Assembly: GCA_024275415.1 (NCBI GenBank)
Contig: JAJRZD010000077.1
Span: 1-32,000, forward strand
DNA: 32,000 bases
Direction of reading: 5' to 3'
Source of the DNA: an archaeon
Lineage (GTDB): Archaea > Asgardarchaeota > Thorarchaeia > Thorarchaeales > Thorarchaeaceae
Positions 17,415 through 26,379 of this stretch are shown piece by piece. The stretch's first letter is position 1. Each line of letters starts with the position of its first letter. The translations under genes and the position numbers were made by a program. The notes under the pieces were generated by a model, which was given only the letters and a program-made list of their open reading frames with translations, ran no database searches and was not told the origin of the DNA.

Positions 17415-18206
17415 TCATACCCTCTTGAGCCACGACTCGTAAGATCTCTTGATATCTTGTGATTGCTCACTATCACCAAAGTTTGATGGTGTGATAGAAA
17501 CATTGTTTCCTTCAAGCAATGCTTCAATGACCATTATTCCCGGTGCTTCTATCCGATATCCAGGGATGCCATTTCTTTCTATCTTCTCAACATACACGAT
17601 ATCGGTGTTCTTCACTGTGGCATATAGTAGATATGCAGCCTTTTTCTCAGCTGTGATGCTGGGCGTAGTGACCTTTAGGGTTGTCTTGCTTCTAGGAGCT
17701 GGCTCTACATCTTTCGCAACGACCTCAAATTGCCTTTTTGCCGTACTAGTATCTGGAGGGGGAGTTGTTGACGGCCTGGACTCGATGATTTCCACAGGTT
17801 TTGCTTCGTATGAGATTGCCTGCGCTGGGTCATATGCAAGGATGCCATCATCAAAACTCCATTTTCGATTCAACAACTCCTTGAAATTGGTGATGTTCAT
17901 AGCAACATCAGGCTCGCCCTCATCTTTTTCCATAATCTCAATCAAGTGTGTTAATGACATACCAATCGTGGTCGCTCCCACTGAGTATCCCGTCTTTTGC
18001 AGGCTTTTGCTCATCCGCAAGGCATGCATCCGAGTGGGCATGCTTACACTTCTTCCAATCCATACCCAACAAGTGTCGTTATATTCATCAAGAACGATAA
18101 GTGCTGAATCGCTGCTAACAAGCCCTGGATCCAGCTTGATATGTGACAATTCTCCGGCGTCGTCTTGCAGCATCAGAACAAAAGGCTTTCTTGAAAGTGG
18201 CTTCAA
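17415..18206 (-). CDS. Single gelsolin-like domain plus Pro/Thr-rich linker and unknown C-terminal domain (1DGelX-like architecture)
   Basis: LVSSDSALIVLD...CWVWIGRSVSMPTRMHALRMSKSL matches the gelsolin-repeat pattern. TTG 18206 follows GGAGGT; the ORF is open to 18221. Confidence 0.65.
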   Translation of the reverse strand: MKPLSRKPFVLMLQDDAGELSHIKLDPGLVSSDSALIVLDEYNDTCWVWIGRSVSMPTRMHALRMSKSLQKTGYSVGATTIGMSLTHLIEIMEKDEGEPDVAMNITNFKELLNRKWSFDDGILAYDPAQAISYEAKPVEIIESRPSTTPPPDTSTAKRQFEVVAKDVEPAPRSKTTLKVTTPSITAEKKAAYLLYATVKNTDIVYVEKIERNGIPGYRIEAPGIMVIEALLEGNNVSITPSNFGDSEQSQDIKRSYESWLKRV

Positions 18207-18328
18207 ACAATCAACCTCCAAATGAAAATTGGTCTCAGGTTGATTTCTTGTTACTCCTTTTTAACTAAATTTTAGACGAACTCTCTTGAGAGTGATTGTT
18301 CTGATAGAGAATACCTCGATATCTACTA

Positions 18329-18595
18329 TCAGTTTGCGAGACTCGTAGAAGTCATATCGATCTCGATATCTATCGCCATCAACGACTGTGTATCGGTAGT
18401 CCCCGGGATAGTCCTGATCCTTTGTGTGATTATCTCTACTAATGTTTCCATGTCGCGTCCTCTGACCTCCGCAATGATGTCAAAAGGTCCAAACACCTTG
18501 TGGGCCTCCTCTGTATATGAGAGTTCAAGCAATTTTCGAAGCACGTGGTCTTCTTTCCCGCTCTCAGTCTTTATCAGAACATAGGCTTTGACCAT
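18329..18595 (-). CDS. Stand-alone Lrp/AsnC ligand-binding (RAM) domain protein
   Basis: 88 aa: VKAYVLIKTESGKE...EAHKVFGPFDIIAEV...IRTIPGTTDTQSL; no HTH. Confidence 0.88.
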   Translation of the reverse strand: MVKAYVLIKTESGKEDHVLRKLLELSYTEEAHKVFGPFDIIAEVRGRDMETLVEIITQRIRTIPGTTDTQSLMAIDIEIDMTSTSLAN

Positions 18596-18931
18596 GGTTA
18601 TTCACCGGATGCATTGAAGCCCACCAGCATGTTGCTGATAACTCTTACCATTTGAGGGATGGTGCCTTCTTGATAGCAATAAACATCTACACAATATCTC
18701 TATATATTCTATATCCTACTTGCTTACTTGGGATAAAGGCCGACAGATACGAATATCTGTATCCCTTTCTCTCGACATTGGGATCAACTGAATTCCTAAA
18801 CATACCTTTAGGAACAATCAACGAGTCCCATTAACGTAACGCCACTGCCAATCACATCCCCCTCATAGCGGGTGGGATTTAACAGGAAGGGCTTTACAGA
18901 GCCTTTAGAACCACATAGGAACGTGATTGAC

Positions 18932-19465
18932 ATGATACCAGCACCAAGACGACCAGTGTTCAAGACTGTGTTAATCGGAGAAGGTGGCGTTGGCAAGACC
19001 AGTATCACCTTACGCTATACTGAAAACCGTTTTGACGAGGACATGAAAATCACTATTGGCGTAAACCTTGCCACCAAGAAGGTCGAACTCGAAGGTGGAG
19101 GTGCCACGTTGATGCTCTGGGATCTTGGTGGACAACCACGATTCCGTGATGTGGTTTCTGAGTATTTCAAAGGTTCACGGATGGCGTTGGCTGTATATGA
19201 TGTGACACGATACTTCACCCTTGAACGTCTGAAGGACTGGATTGACAAGCTCAAAGAGAATGTATCCGGTTGTGAGCTGATATTCGTAGGCAACAAGATT
19301 GACGAACGCGACCCTGAAACGGGAATATCTCTAGACACGGGCCGCGAGTTCGCATCACGATATAATGCTCCTTGTGTGGAGGTTTCAGCCAAGACCGGCG
19401 AAGGTATCGAGGAACTTTTCCAAGTCGTGACTCGAAGTCTAATCGAGAAGCACATGCAGAAATAA
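18932..19465 (+). CDS. Rab/Ras-like small GTPase
   Basis: G1 GEGGVGKT, G2 TIGV, G3 WDLGGQ, G4 NKID and G5 SAK; no C-terminal prenylation motif. The start is uncertain (ORF open from 18872). Confidence 0.93.
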   Translation: MIPAPRRPVFKTVLIGEGGVGKTSITLRYTENRFDEDMKITIGVNLATKKVELEGGGATLMLWDLGGQPRFRDVVSEYFKGSRMALAVYDVTRYFTLERLKDWIDKLKENVSGCELIFVGNKIDERDPETGISLDTGREFASRYNAPCVEVSAKTGEGIEELFQVVTRSLIEKHMQK

Positions 19466-19820
19466 GACACAGATGTCGAACATCGATTGGTATCGCATAC
19501 TTCTCATTACATTTGGAATGTAGCAACGTATCATAACATGTGGATTTCATACAGCTGCGTAAAGATAAGAAACGGTCGCACATCTCTTAATCAATCCTCT
19601 GTGAAACATCGAAGGTTTCTAGGTACAGACCTCTAGAATGGGGACATGAGGTCGCTTGTATGCACTTCACAGAGTCAATCCGCTGCCGTTGTCTGGGAGC
19701 ACAACATTCTGATGTTAAAACCCGTGCTACTTACAATGAAGGATAAAAGGAAAATCACATAGGGCTGAATGCAGGGATTACCTGATTCGCCCTTGTACAT
19801 TTCGAATAGGATTTGCTGTT

Positions 19821-20471
19821 CTAGATATTCTTGAATTCATCAATCCGTTCCATGTATTCGTCCCTACGGGTTCTTGGGAACATGATGAATCTGCATTCTT
19901 TGTCGCCTGCTGCTTCACACATGATTTCCTCAGCTTCAAGATCGACACCTGCAACAACTGAGCACCAACCAGAGGAGTAACCTCCATTGAAATAGCAGAT
20001 ATTATTCTGTGCACTTCTACCATCCTTCTTCCAGAGTTGCGCTTCAAAATTGTTTGGATGGTCGTACACTAGGAAGAACTCGTCACCCTCTACAGGATTC
20101 GATCCAGGTAGTAGTCGTACTCTGACAAAACCTGAGTATGCCGCCCAAATCGGGCCAGCCGCGATTCTTTCCACAGGTGTTGATAGTCCAAGTTTTGGAA
20201 GCAGACGTTCTGCCTCAGACCTGCCAAACGATTGTCCTAGACGATAGATAAGAAGATCCCTTCCTGCTTCGCCGAGGACGGTGTCCAATTCGTCTTTTAG
20301 CGATAATGCCAATGTTCTAAGTCCTATGAACATCACATTGTCATCAAGAAGTTGGATTCGCCCTTCTTCAGGTATGAATTTTAACTCATTCTTGAAAAAC
20401 TCTTCATATTGGGTTTCGATTCGTTCAATCATCTCGCTCATTTCGGGGGGAGCTTCAACAGTCTTTACCAT
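19821..20471 (-). CDS. Stand-alone V4R (vinyl 4-reductase/XylR-N type) ligand-binding domain protein
   Basis: ERIAAGPIWAAYSGF, YDHPNNFEA, ICYFNGGYSSGWC and EEIMCEAAGDKECRF (conserved V4R Cys/Glu metal ligands). Confidence 0.88.
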   Translation of the reverse strand: MVKTVEAPPEMSEMIERIETQYEEFFKNELKFIPEEGRIQLLDDNVMFIGLRTLALSLKDELDTVLGEAGRDLLIYRLGQSFGRSEAERLLPKLGLSTPVERIAAGPIWAAYSGFVRVRLLPGSNPVEGDEFFLVYDHPNNFEAQLWKKDGRSAQNNICYFNGGYSSGWCSVVAGVDLEAEEIMCEAAGDKECRFIMFPRTRRDEYMERIDEFKNI

Positions 20472-20761
20472 TAATCGCACTTCCAGAATGATATTTTTTA
20501 AATTATCAGAAATATTTAAATATTCTTGCTATTAACAGGATGTTGCCCATTATAATGGCTTTATTTGCTTTTTGTAACACTGGTTAATTCTTACACCGTG
20601 TTGCGGTCTTTTTTCTTGTATCTCCGCTGTTTATAGATTTCAACTGGATACCTGTTTATGTGTCGGTCATTGCACTCATAATTCATATTTTTATGTTCTA
20701 AAATATAGAAAGATTCAAATTATTATGTGGGGCGATTATACCGTAGGATAGAGTGATTGAG

Positions 20762-21295
20762 ATGGCAGAACGAAACCCGGTATCATTTTTCAAATTGGTT
20801 AGCCTGTGTAAGAAACACATTCAATGGGTTGGACTATCTGATGCATCTCTTGATATTCTGGCTTTGCTTCTTGCTGAGAAATATTGGTCAAAGGAGCCGA
20901 TGTCCCCAGAGGAGATTGAAACAATCACTGGCTATTCAAGAGGGACTATCAGTGTCGCACTATCTCAATTGAAGGGTCTAGGATTCATCGATGGGATTCT
21001 TGATACGGCGCAGAAGGGACGAGGGCGGAAGAGAACGAAATATGCCATTAGCGGTGGTCTATCAGGGCTGATTGCGTTCGGTGTGAGAAAGCTGGATATC
21101 GAGTTGGGCTCGATGATCGAAGAACTTCAGGCCCTTATGGAAACAATCGGTGACGATGCTTCAGCAGAAAAGATGATCTCAGCACTTGAAGAAGAAGCAC
21201 GAACGAACATTTCCTTACTCAAAGATGCGTCTATGAAGATCCAAACGAATATAGCAAGGACGAACTCTATTACCAATGATAGTTCTGAGGATTAA
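20762..21295 (+). CDS. GbsR/MarR-like winged-helix regulator
   Basis: GLS.ASLDILALL...PMSPEEIETITGYSRGTISVALSQLKGLGFI...GRKRTKY followed by a coiled-coil C-terminus. Confidence 0.8.
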   Translation: MAERNPVSFFKLVSLCKKHIQWVGLSDASLDILALLLAEKYWSKEPMSPEEIETITGYSRGTISVALSQLKGLGFIDGILDTAQKGRGRKRTKYAISGGLSGLIAFGVRKLDIELGSMIEELQALMETIGDDASAEKMISALEEEARTNISLLKDASMKIQTNIARTNSITNDSSED

Positions 21296-21333
21296 TACGA
21301 TTTTAAAACCACTTCTTTCAGTTCATTCTAAAA

Positions 21334-21353
21334 ATTTTGGATATTTCCAAAAT
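21334..21353. promoter_or_regulatory. Inverted repeat ATTTTGGA-N4-TCCAAAAT abutting a TATA box (TTTATA 21355-21360); candidate operator
   Basis: Perfect 8-bp arms directly upstream of the TATA element of the roadblock-GTPase operon. Confidence 0.45.
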
Positions 21354-21497
21354 ATTTATATGAAAAAAAGATGATGTGAACTTTAGTCATGCATGGTGTT
21401 AATGAATTGGGATCTCTGAAGTTCCACGGGGACATTCACACTTCTTGATTGTTGATACCATTGCTAAACTATGAATGCTAAAGAACTGGTGATTGAC

Positions 21498-21860
21498 ATG
21501 AGTGCCAAAATTAAGAAACTGGTTGATGTGTTGATGCAACTGGAACAAAACAGCGAAGTTGATGGCTGTGCCCTTGTAAGTGAAAGAGGACAGGTGATGG
21601 CTGCTGCACTCCACAAGGGGATTGATGAGAAGGCTGTATCTGCAATGGCTGCTGCTATTGTTTCAATCGGTGGTAGGGTTGGAGCTGCCCTTGACTCGGG
21701 CGAACCCCGAAACATTGTTTTGGAAGGAGAAAGAAAAACAATCATTGTCCGCAAGATCAGCAATGCTGCATTGATTGCTACTGCTCCCGCAGAAGCTAAG
21801 ATTGGTCTCATTGACTTCGAGATGGACAAGACAGCCGGACAAATACAGGAAATCCTGTAG
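21498..21860 (+). CDS. Roadblock/LC7 (MglB-like) protein 1
   Basis: VDGCALVSERGQVMAAAL...VSAMAAAIVSIGGRVG..L...RNIVLEGE...KIGLI. The ORF is open from 21471. Confidence 0.92.
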   Translation: MSAKIKKLVDVLMQLEQNSEVDGCALVSERGQVMAAALHKGIDEKAVSAMAAAIVSIGGRVGAALDSGEPRNIVLEGERKTIIVRKISNAALIATAPAEAKIGLIDFEMDKTAGQIQEIL

Positions 21861-21908
21861 CTTTTAAGATGGCCTTCATCTACTAATTTTCCCTAAGAGG
21901 CAACTGAC

Positions 21909-22571
21909 TTGATGTCTTTGAAGAAACTGAAAACATACGATTACAAGATCTACGTCACAGGTCCTTTTCAAGCTGGGAAAACTACCCTTATCCATACACT
22001 TGACCCTGATGCAATTTCTGTCGAGCGCGATATGAAAGAGGCATACCGTGGTGAAAAAAGCACGACCACAACGGGCTTCGACCTTGGGAGAGTCATCTGG
22101 GTGCGGAAAGAAGCAACCCATACCGGATTGATTGTACCGAAAAAAGAATACAATAGGGAAACGAGTGAATATGACGGATGGATTACACGAGAGATAGAGC
22201 TTCGAGGAGTGCCAGGTCAGCTTCATTTCAAATTTGTCCGTGATACTATGAGGGTGAACACAGATGCCGTGCTGATGATAGTGGATGCATCAGACCCCGG
22301 CATGATTGGAGACGCAAGTGCGATACTCGCTGAAACAACTGCGTCTTTTGGGGACATTCCTATGGTCGCTGTGGCAAACAAGCAGGATCGAGATGACGCT
22401 GCATCCCCCGAAGACATAGGACTCTGGCTTGGACTGCCACATGTCGTTGGTATGTGCGCAAGGAACCACGAATCTGCAAAGGATGCACTGTGCCTTCTCC
22501 TCAGAAAACTGGAGAAAAACATTCCACAGCAAAGGCAAGATACTGATACGATGATGACCCACAATTTTTGA
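21909..22571 (+). CDS. MglA/conservon-type (ATP_bind_1-like) small GTPase
   Basis: G1 GPFQAGKTT, G2 TTTGFDLG, Asp-less G3 GVPGQ, G4 NKQD and G5 CAR. Confidence 0.88.
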   Translation: MMSLKKLKTYDYKIYVTGPFQAGKTTLIHTLDPDAISVERDMKEAYRGEKSTTTTGFDLGRVIWVRKEATHTGLIVPKKEYNRETSEYDGWITREIELRGVPGQLHFKFVRDTMRVNTDAVLMIVDASDPGMIGDASAILAETTASFGDIPMVAVANKQDRDDAASPEDIGLWLGLPHVVGMCARNHESAKDALCLLLRKLEKNIPQQRQDTDTMMTHNF

Positions 22572-22584
22572 GAACGGTGAGAAC

Positions 22585-23037
22585 ATGAGCAACCTTAACG
22601 ATTTACCACCAATCATGGAGATCAGAAAACTGCTGTCCGATTTTGAAGTGAAAATACCCGTCTGGGGCTTGACCGTCTTCACAGTGGATGGCTACATTCT
22701 GGCACATCGATTATTCTCTGACGAAATGCCTGCAAATCTTGAAACCGCCATAAGCAGCATGTCCGCAGGACTGATTACGATCTCTGAGGACTTGATACGA
22801 ATGGTTGATCCAAGTACGAGGTTCAGACAAGTACTTGTAGATGGTGAGGATGAACGAGGTGTTATCAGCTTCACAATACTGCTAAAGCAAGTGGCTGAAA
22901 ATGTGATGCTTTCGTGCATCTTTCCCGTGCATGTGCAGCTTGGTCTGGTATCCTTTGAGATTGAGAATCTCTCGACTAGAATCTCAGACATTGTGGAACT
23001 CTGGGATGTCAAGCTACATGAGGAAACAGTAACATGA
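22585..23037 (+). CDS. Roadblock/LC7-like protein 2 (divergent)
   Basis: GLTVFTVDGYILAH...ISSMSAGLITISEDL...RQVLVDGE...LGLVSFEI follows the roadblock pattern. Confidence 0.78.
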   Translation: MSNLNDLPPIMEIRKLLSDFEVKIPVWGLTVFTVDGYILAHRLFSDEMPANLETAISSMSAGLITISEDLIRMVDPSTRFRQVLVDGEDERGVISFTILLKQVAENVMLSCIFPVHVQLGLVSFEIENLSTRISDIVELWDVKLHEETVT

Positions 23038-23049
23038 TGGTGAATATCC

Positions 23050-23469
23050 ATGACACTTGGGAAACTAGACCAATTGAACGGGATTATCCGGCAATTAATC
23101 AATACTTCAAAGGGTGCCATAACCAACTGCGTTGTAACTAACGAACGTGGTCTTGTGGTCGCAGGCGTATCCACCGACGGCTCATCGCAGCAGGATTTAG
23201 CGGCGATGATATCCCTCCTTTCAGATACTGCTGTTCGCGTTAACGGGAATCTAGGCTTTGGAGCGCCAAAAGGAGTCCAGATTACTGGATTAGGTGTATC
23301 TGTGTCTTTGCATGAATTCCTTGTACAGAACAGGCGATTTAAGATAGGGGCTATAGTGCAGGAAGGCTATCACTGGAGAACACTATTCAGATCCAAGCCT
23401 GCCAGCCAGATTGTTGTCAATAAGCTGGAAAAAGCTGCAGGCATGATACGAAAAGTGCTGGAACAATGA
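23050..23469 (+). CDS. Roadblock/LC7-like protein 3 (divergent)
   Basis: ITNCVVTNERGLVVAG...LAAMISLLSDTAVRVNGNLGFG follows the roadblock pattern. Confidence 0.8.
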   Translation: MTLGKLDQLNGIIRQLINTSKGAITNCVVTNERGLVVAGVSTDGSSQQDLAAMISLLSDTAVRVNGNLGFGAPKGVQITGLGVSVSLHEFLVQNRRFKIGAIVQEGYHWRTLFRSKPASQIVVNKLEKAAGMIRKVLEQ

Positions 23470-23750
23470 GATGCTTCTGTAAATTGGGGCATATGCACAT
23501 GTCACTATTTATTTCCATTCTGTCATCGCAACCGACACTCGGTGTCATTGACAGGGAGTGTTGCGTGGGATACACTCTTCGCATTGAAGAGTTGATTTCA
23601 CACAAAGGTAGGAGAAACATTGCCCTCATAGGAATGAGAACACATTATATCTACATACATGTAGTTGAATCACACAACTACGGAACAGATGCAAAAGTAT
23701 CACCCAATAAGGACTTGGTTTTGTGGTTAGACTAAGGAGGATTGACCTGA

Positions 23751-24224
23751 ATGGATGACGCAACTCGGAGTAGTATGGAAAGTATTACCAAACTATTACA
23801 GATCACAGCTGGAATGCTCGGACTGCAACGGTCAGCAGGTTCGGTTCTTGCGGCTTTGTACTTGAGCGATTTCGAGTCTGGTGGGCGTATGTCATCCAAG
23901 GAAGTTAGCGATGTCACTGGATTATCCAGAAGCATGATTTCTATGGTTCTCTCACAGCTTCAGTCATTGGATATAATCGATACGCATCTGGATGTGACCA
24001 AGAAGCAGGGTGGGCGACGGACAATGCTGTACTCGTTGAGAATGGGTGTCCATGACCTTCTGAAGCTCGTCATCCAAAAGTATCTTGAACAGACACAAAG
24101 GATTTTGAATGACCTAGAACAGGTCAAGAGTGGACTTCCCGAAAGTGATATGGAGTCGCCCCTGATTCTAGACCGTGTGATGAGCGAACTTATTCTGTTT
24201 CTTGCTAATCCATGCGGCCTCTAG
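23751..24224 (+). CDS. GbsR/MarR-like winged-helix regulator (paralogue of 20762-21295)
   Basis: GLQRSAGSVLAALYL...MSSKEVSDVTGLSRSMISMVLSQLQSLDII...GGRRTMLY; preceded by GGAGG. Confidence 0.8.
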   Translation: MDDATRSSMESITKLLQITAGMLGLQRSAGSVLAALYLSDFESGGRMSSKEVSDVTGLSRSMISMVLSQLQSLDIIDTHLDVTKKQGGRRTMLYSLRMGVHDLLKLVIQKYLEQTQRILNDLEQVKSGLPESDMESPLILDRVMSELILFLANPCGL

Positions 24225-24383
24225 GTCTCGGCTTCTTATGCTGGATGGAGATTTGAGCTCGCCTGAAAAAGGTCTATACGTTATACTAAGAGCATTACCG
24301 GGTACGCTATCAAAATTCGAATCACTTGTTTGTCTAAAAATGATTTAAGGGCAAGTGAAACGTATTTGCTCTCAGGTCTTTGT

Positions 24384-25187
24384 ATGAAACTCGTTGGTCT
24401 GACACGTCCCTACATCATGGCACATCGAGGAGACTCCGCTTCAGCTCCCGAGAACACACTACTGTCCATGAAACGAGCAATCGAGATTGGCGTTGATTTT
24501 ATCGAAACAGATGTCAGGCTATCACGCGATGATGAACCGATACTTTTTCATGATGACACTCTAGAGCGAACTACAGGTGAGAAAGGCGCAATCCGTGACA
24601 AATCGCTGGAAGAATTGAAACAGATAGACTTGGGGTACGGGTTCACACCTGACGGAGGCGTGACATATCCCTATCGGGGTAAGGGTATGACAGTAGTGAC
24701 TCTGCGTGAGGCATTCGAAGCATTTCCTGATGTCAACTTCAATTTGGACATGAAAGACCGAGAAACCCATGTGCCAGATGTGTTAGCATCCGTCATCGAA
24801 GAATATGACCGAGCGGATCGTGTGATAGTCGGTTCCTTTCATGACCACCAGACCTATCGTTTTCGAAAAATCATGCCCGCCGTGATGACCAGCGCATATC
24901 CCGCGGAAGTGACACGATTCGTCTTTGCACTAAAGATGAGAGTCATCCGTTTCTATGCGCGAAATTGCAAGTTCGAGGCATTTCAGGTTCCTATTAAATA
25001 CGGTATGATTAGAGTCGTTGACAGCAGATTCGTGAAAGCAGCCCACGAGCGAGGCATTGCCGTACATGTCTGGACCGTGAATGAACCTGATGTGATGCAT
25101 CAATTGATAGACCTAGGTGTGGACGGCATCTTCACTGACCGCCCTGCGCTCCTCAGGGATGTACTGACTAACCGAGGAATGCTTTAA
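24384..25187 (+). CDS. Glycerophosphodiester phosphodiesterase (GDPD)
   Basis: AHRG...PENT, IETDVRLSRD, HDDTLERTT, NLDMK, VHVWTVN and GVDGIFTD. Confidence 0.95.
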   Translation: MKLVGLTRPYIMAHRGDSASAPENTLLSMKRAIEIGVDFIETDVRLSRDDEPILFHDDTLERTTGEKGAIRDKSLEELKQIDLGYGFTPDGGVTYPYRGKGMTVVTLREAFEAFPDVNFNLDMKDRETHVPDVLASVIEEYDRADRVIVGSFHDHQTYRFRKIMPAVMTSAYPAEVTRFVFALKMRVIRFYARNCKFEAFQVPIKYGMIRVVDSRFVKAAHERGIAVHVWTVNEPDVMHQLIDLGVDGIFTDRPALLRDVLTNRGML

Positions 25188-25324
25188 TGACGCTCGTATG
25201 CGTTGTTGTGGGCATCTGCAAGATCCCCCATACAAAATCGGACGTTTCTTAGATGACAGGCTGCACAGACCGAAAATGAACGGTTTATTAGGGGACATGT
25301 ATTTCCACAGGTGGGGGTTTCACA

Positions 25325-25927
25325 ATGGCTGAAATACCTGAGAATCAAGAGATGAGAAATTACAAAGTAGTACAGAAACTGCTGGCTATGAGGCCGGTCT
25401 ACGAGATATACGACGAACAATCCGGTGAGATGGTGGCTATTGCCAAGCAGACGTGGATGAGCTTTCTGAGATCGACAATGCATATCGAAGACCCTCAAGG
25501 GAATCGCTTGTTCACTGCAAAAGGAGGCTTTTTCGATAAGACATTCTGGCTTTTGGATGCGTCTGGAAATAAAGTTGCAAGACTGACGCGGCCATGGATC
25601 GCTCTCAGACAGAATTTCACTATTTACTATCGTGAGGATATTGTGAAGGCACAGGGAGGCTTTTTCGCATGGGGCTTCGAGGCACGCAATAGTCAGGGAA
25701 TCTTTGCATTCAGATTGGACAAGAAGATTCTGGCTATCCGAGATCAGTTCCGAGTGCAGGTCGGAGAGTATATGAATCCTCTCCATGCCGTTGCATCTGC
25801 GCTGGTTGTGGATCGGATATTCTTCAAAGGCAAAGGATGCGGATGCCGAACGCTCCTCTGTATCCTATTACTGATTGGATTTGGGATATTAACGATAATA
25901 TCCATGATATCGTCATTGCTGCCCTAA
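25325..25927 (+). CDS. LURP-one-related/Tubby-C scramblase-family protein with a C-terminal TM helix
   Basis: YKVVQKLL, repeated beta-hairpins (IYDEQSGE, IEDPQGN, LLDASGN), KKILAIRDQF and ASALVVD, then CGC and a hydrophobic tail. Confidence 0.78.
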   Translation: MAEIPENQEMRNYKVVQKLLAMRPVYEIYDEQSGEMVAIAKQTWMSFLRSTMHIEDPQGNRLFTAKGGFFDKTFWLLDASGNKVARLTRPWIALRQNFTIYYREDIVKAQGGFFAWGFEARNSQGIFAFRLDKKILAIRDQFRVQVGEYMNPLHAVASALVVDRIFFKGKGCGCRTLLCILLLIGFGILTIISMISSLLP

Positions 25928-26210
25928 TCCTGATTTGGAGAGGACATCTTTGTTTCTCTCCATTCTCTTGCAGTTTCTATGAACGAAACAAAATGCATAT
26001 CACCAAGTGTGAGTACAGCAATGGTTCACCTGAAATACTTGTACACCAAAAGGATATTTTCCCAGAGTTTGAAGCGTTTTGGTTGTGTAATATTATTGGA
26101 GAGCTAAGCCGAAATAGCTTAATATGCTAGTTCAGGATATTGAGTTCTGTGAGCGTATTTAGTTCTTTGAATGCGAATACGCCTACGGTAGACCAATGCG
26201 GTGTATAAAC

Positions 26211-26345
26211 ATGACATGTCCAGAGTATGACTCCGGTGAAAGCAAATGTGGTGTTGATGGATTCAAATTCTATGAGGGTATGAGCAAGCCTTGTGATACC
26301 CCTGGCATCAATAAGGACAAATGTCCGCGTTTTGCCATGAAATGA
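26211..26345 (+). CDS. Small 44-aa four-Cys protein (below the ORF-track cut-off)
   Basis: MTCPEYDSGESKCGVDGFKFYEGMSKPCDTPGINKDKCPRFAMK, spacing C-x9-C-x14-C-x9-C; followed by a terminator-like hairpin. Confidence 0.6.
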   Translation: MTCPEYDSGESKCGVDGFKFYEGMSKPCDTPGINKDKCPRFAMK

Positions 26346-26379
26346 TTGAATCCGGAAACCCTTGTATTATAGCTCCGAT

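Noticed and set aside
17449-18225. 258-aa + strand ORF and similar long antisense ORFs (e.g. 2822-3265, 7526-8044, 19015-19470, 22692-23174, 28766-29269)
   Set aside because: These are shadow frames opposite well-supported genes, with Ser-rich composition and no motifs.
18730-18768. Nested hairpins (ACAGATA-CGAA-TATCTGT; GGGATA/TATCCC) between the Lrp-domain and Rab-like genes
   Set aside because: Short stems in an intergenic region, with no strand-specific or contextual support.
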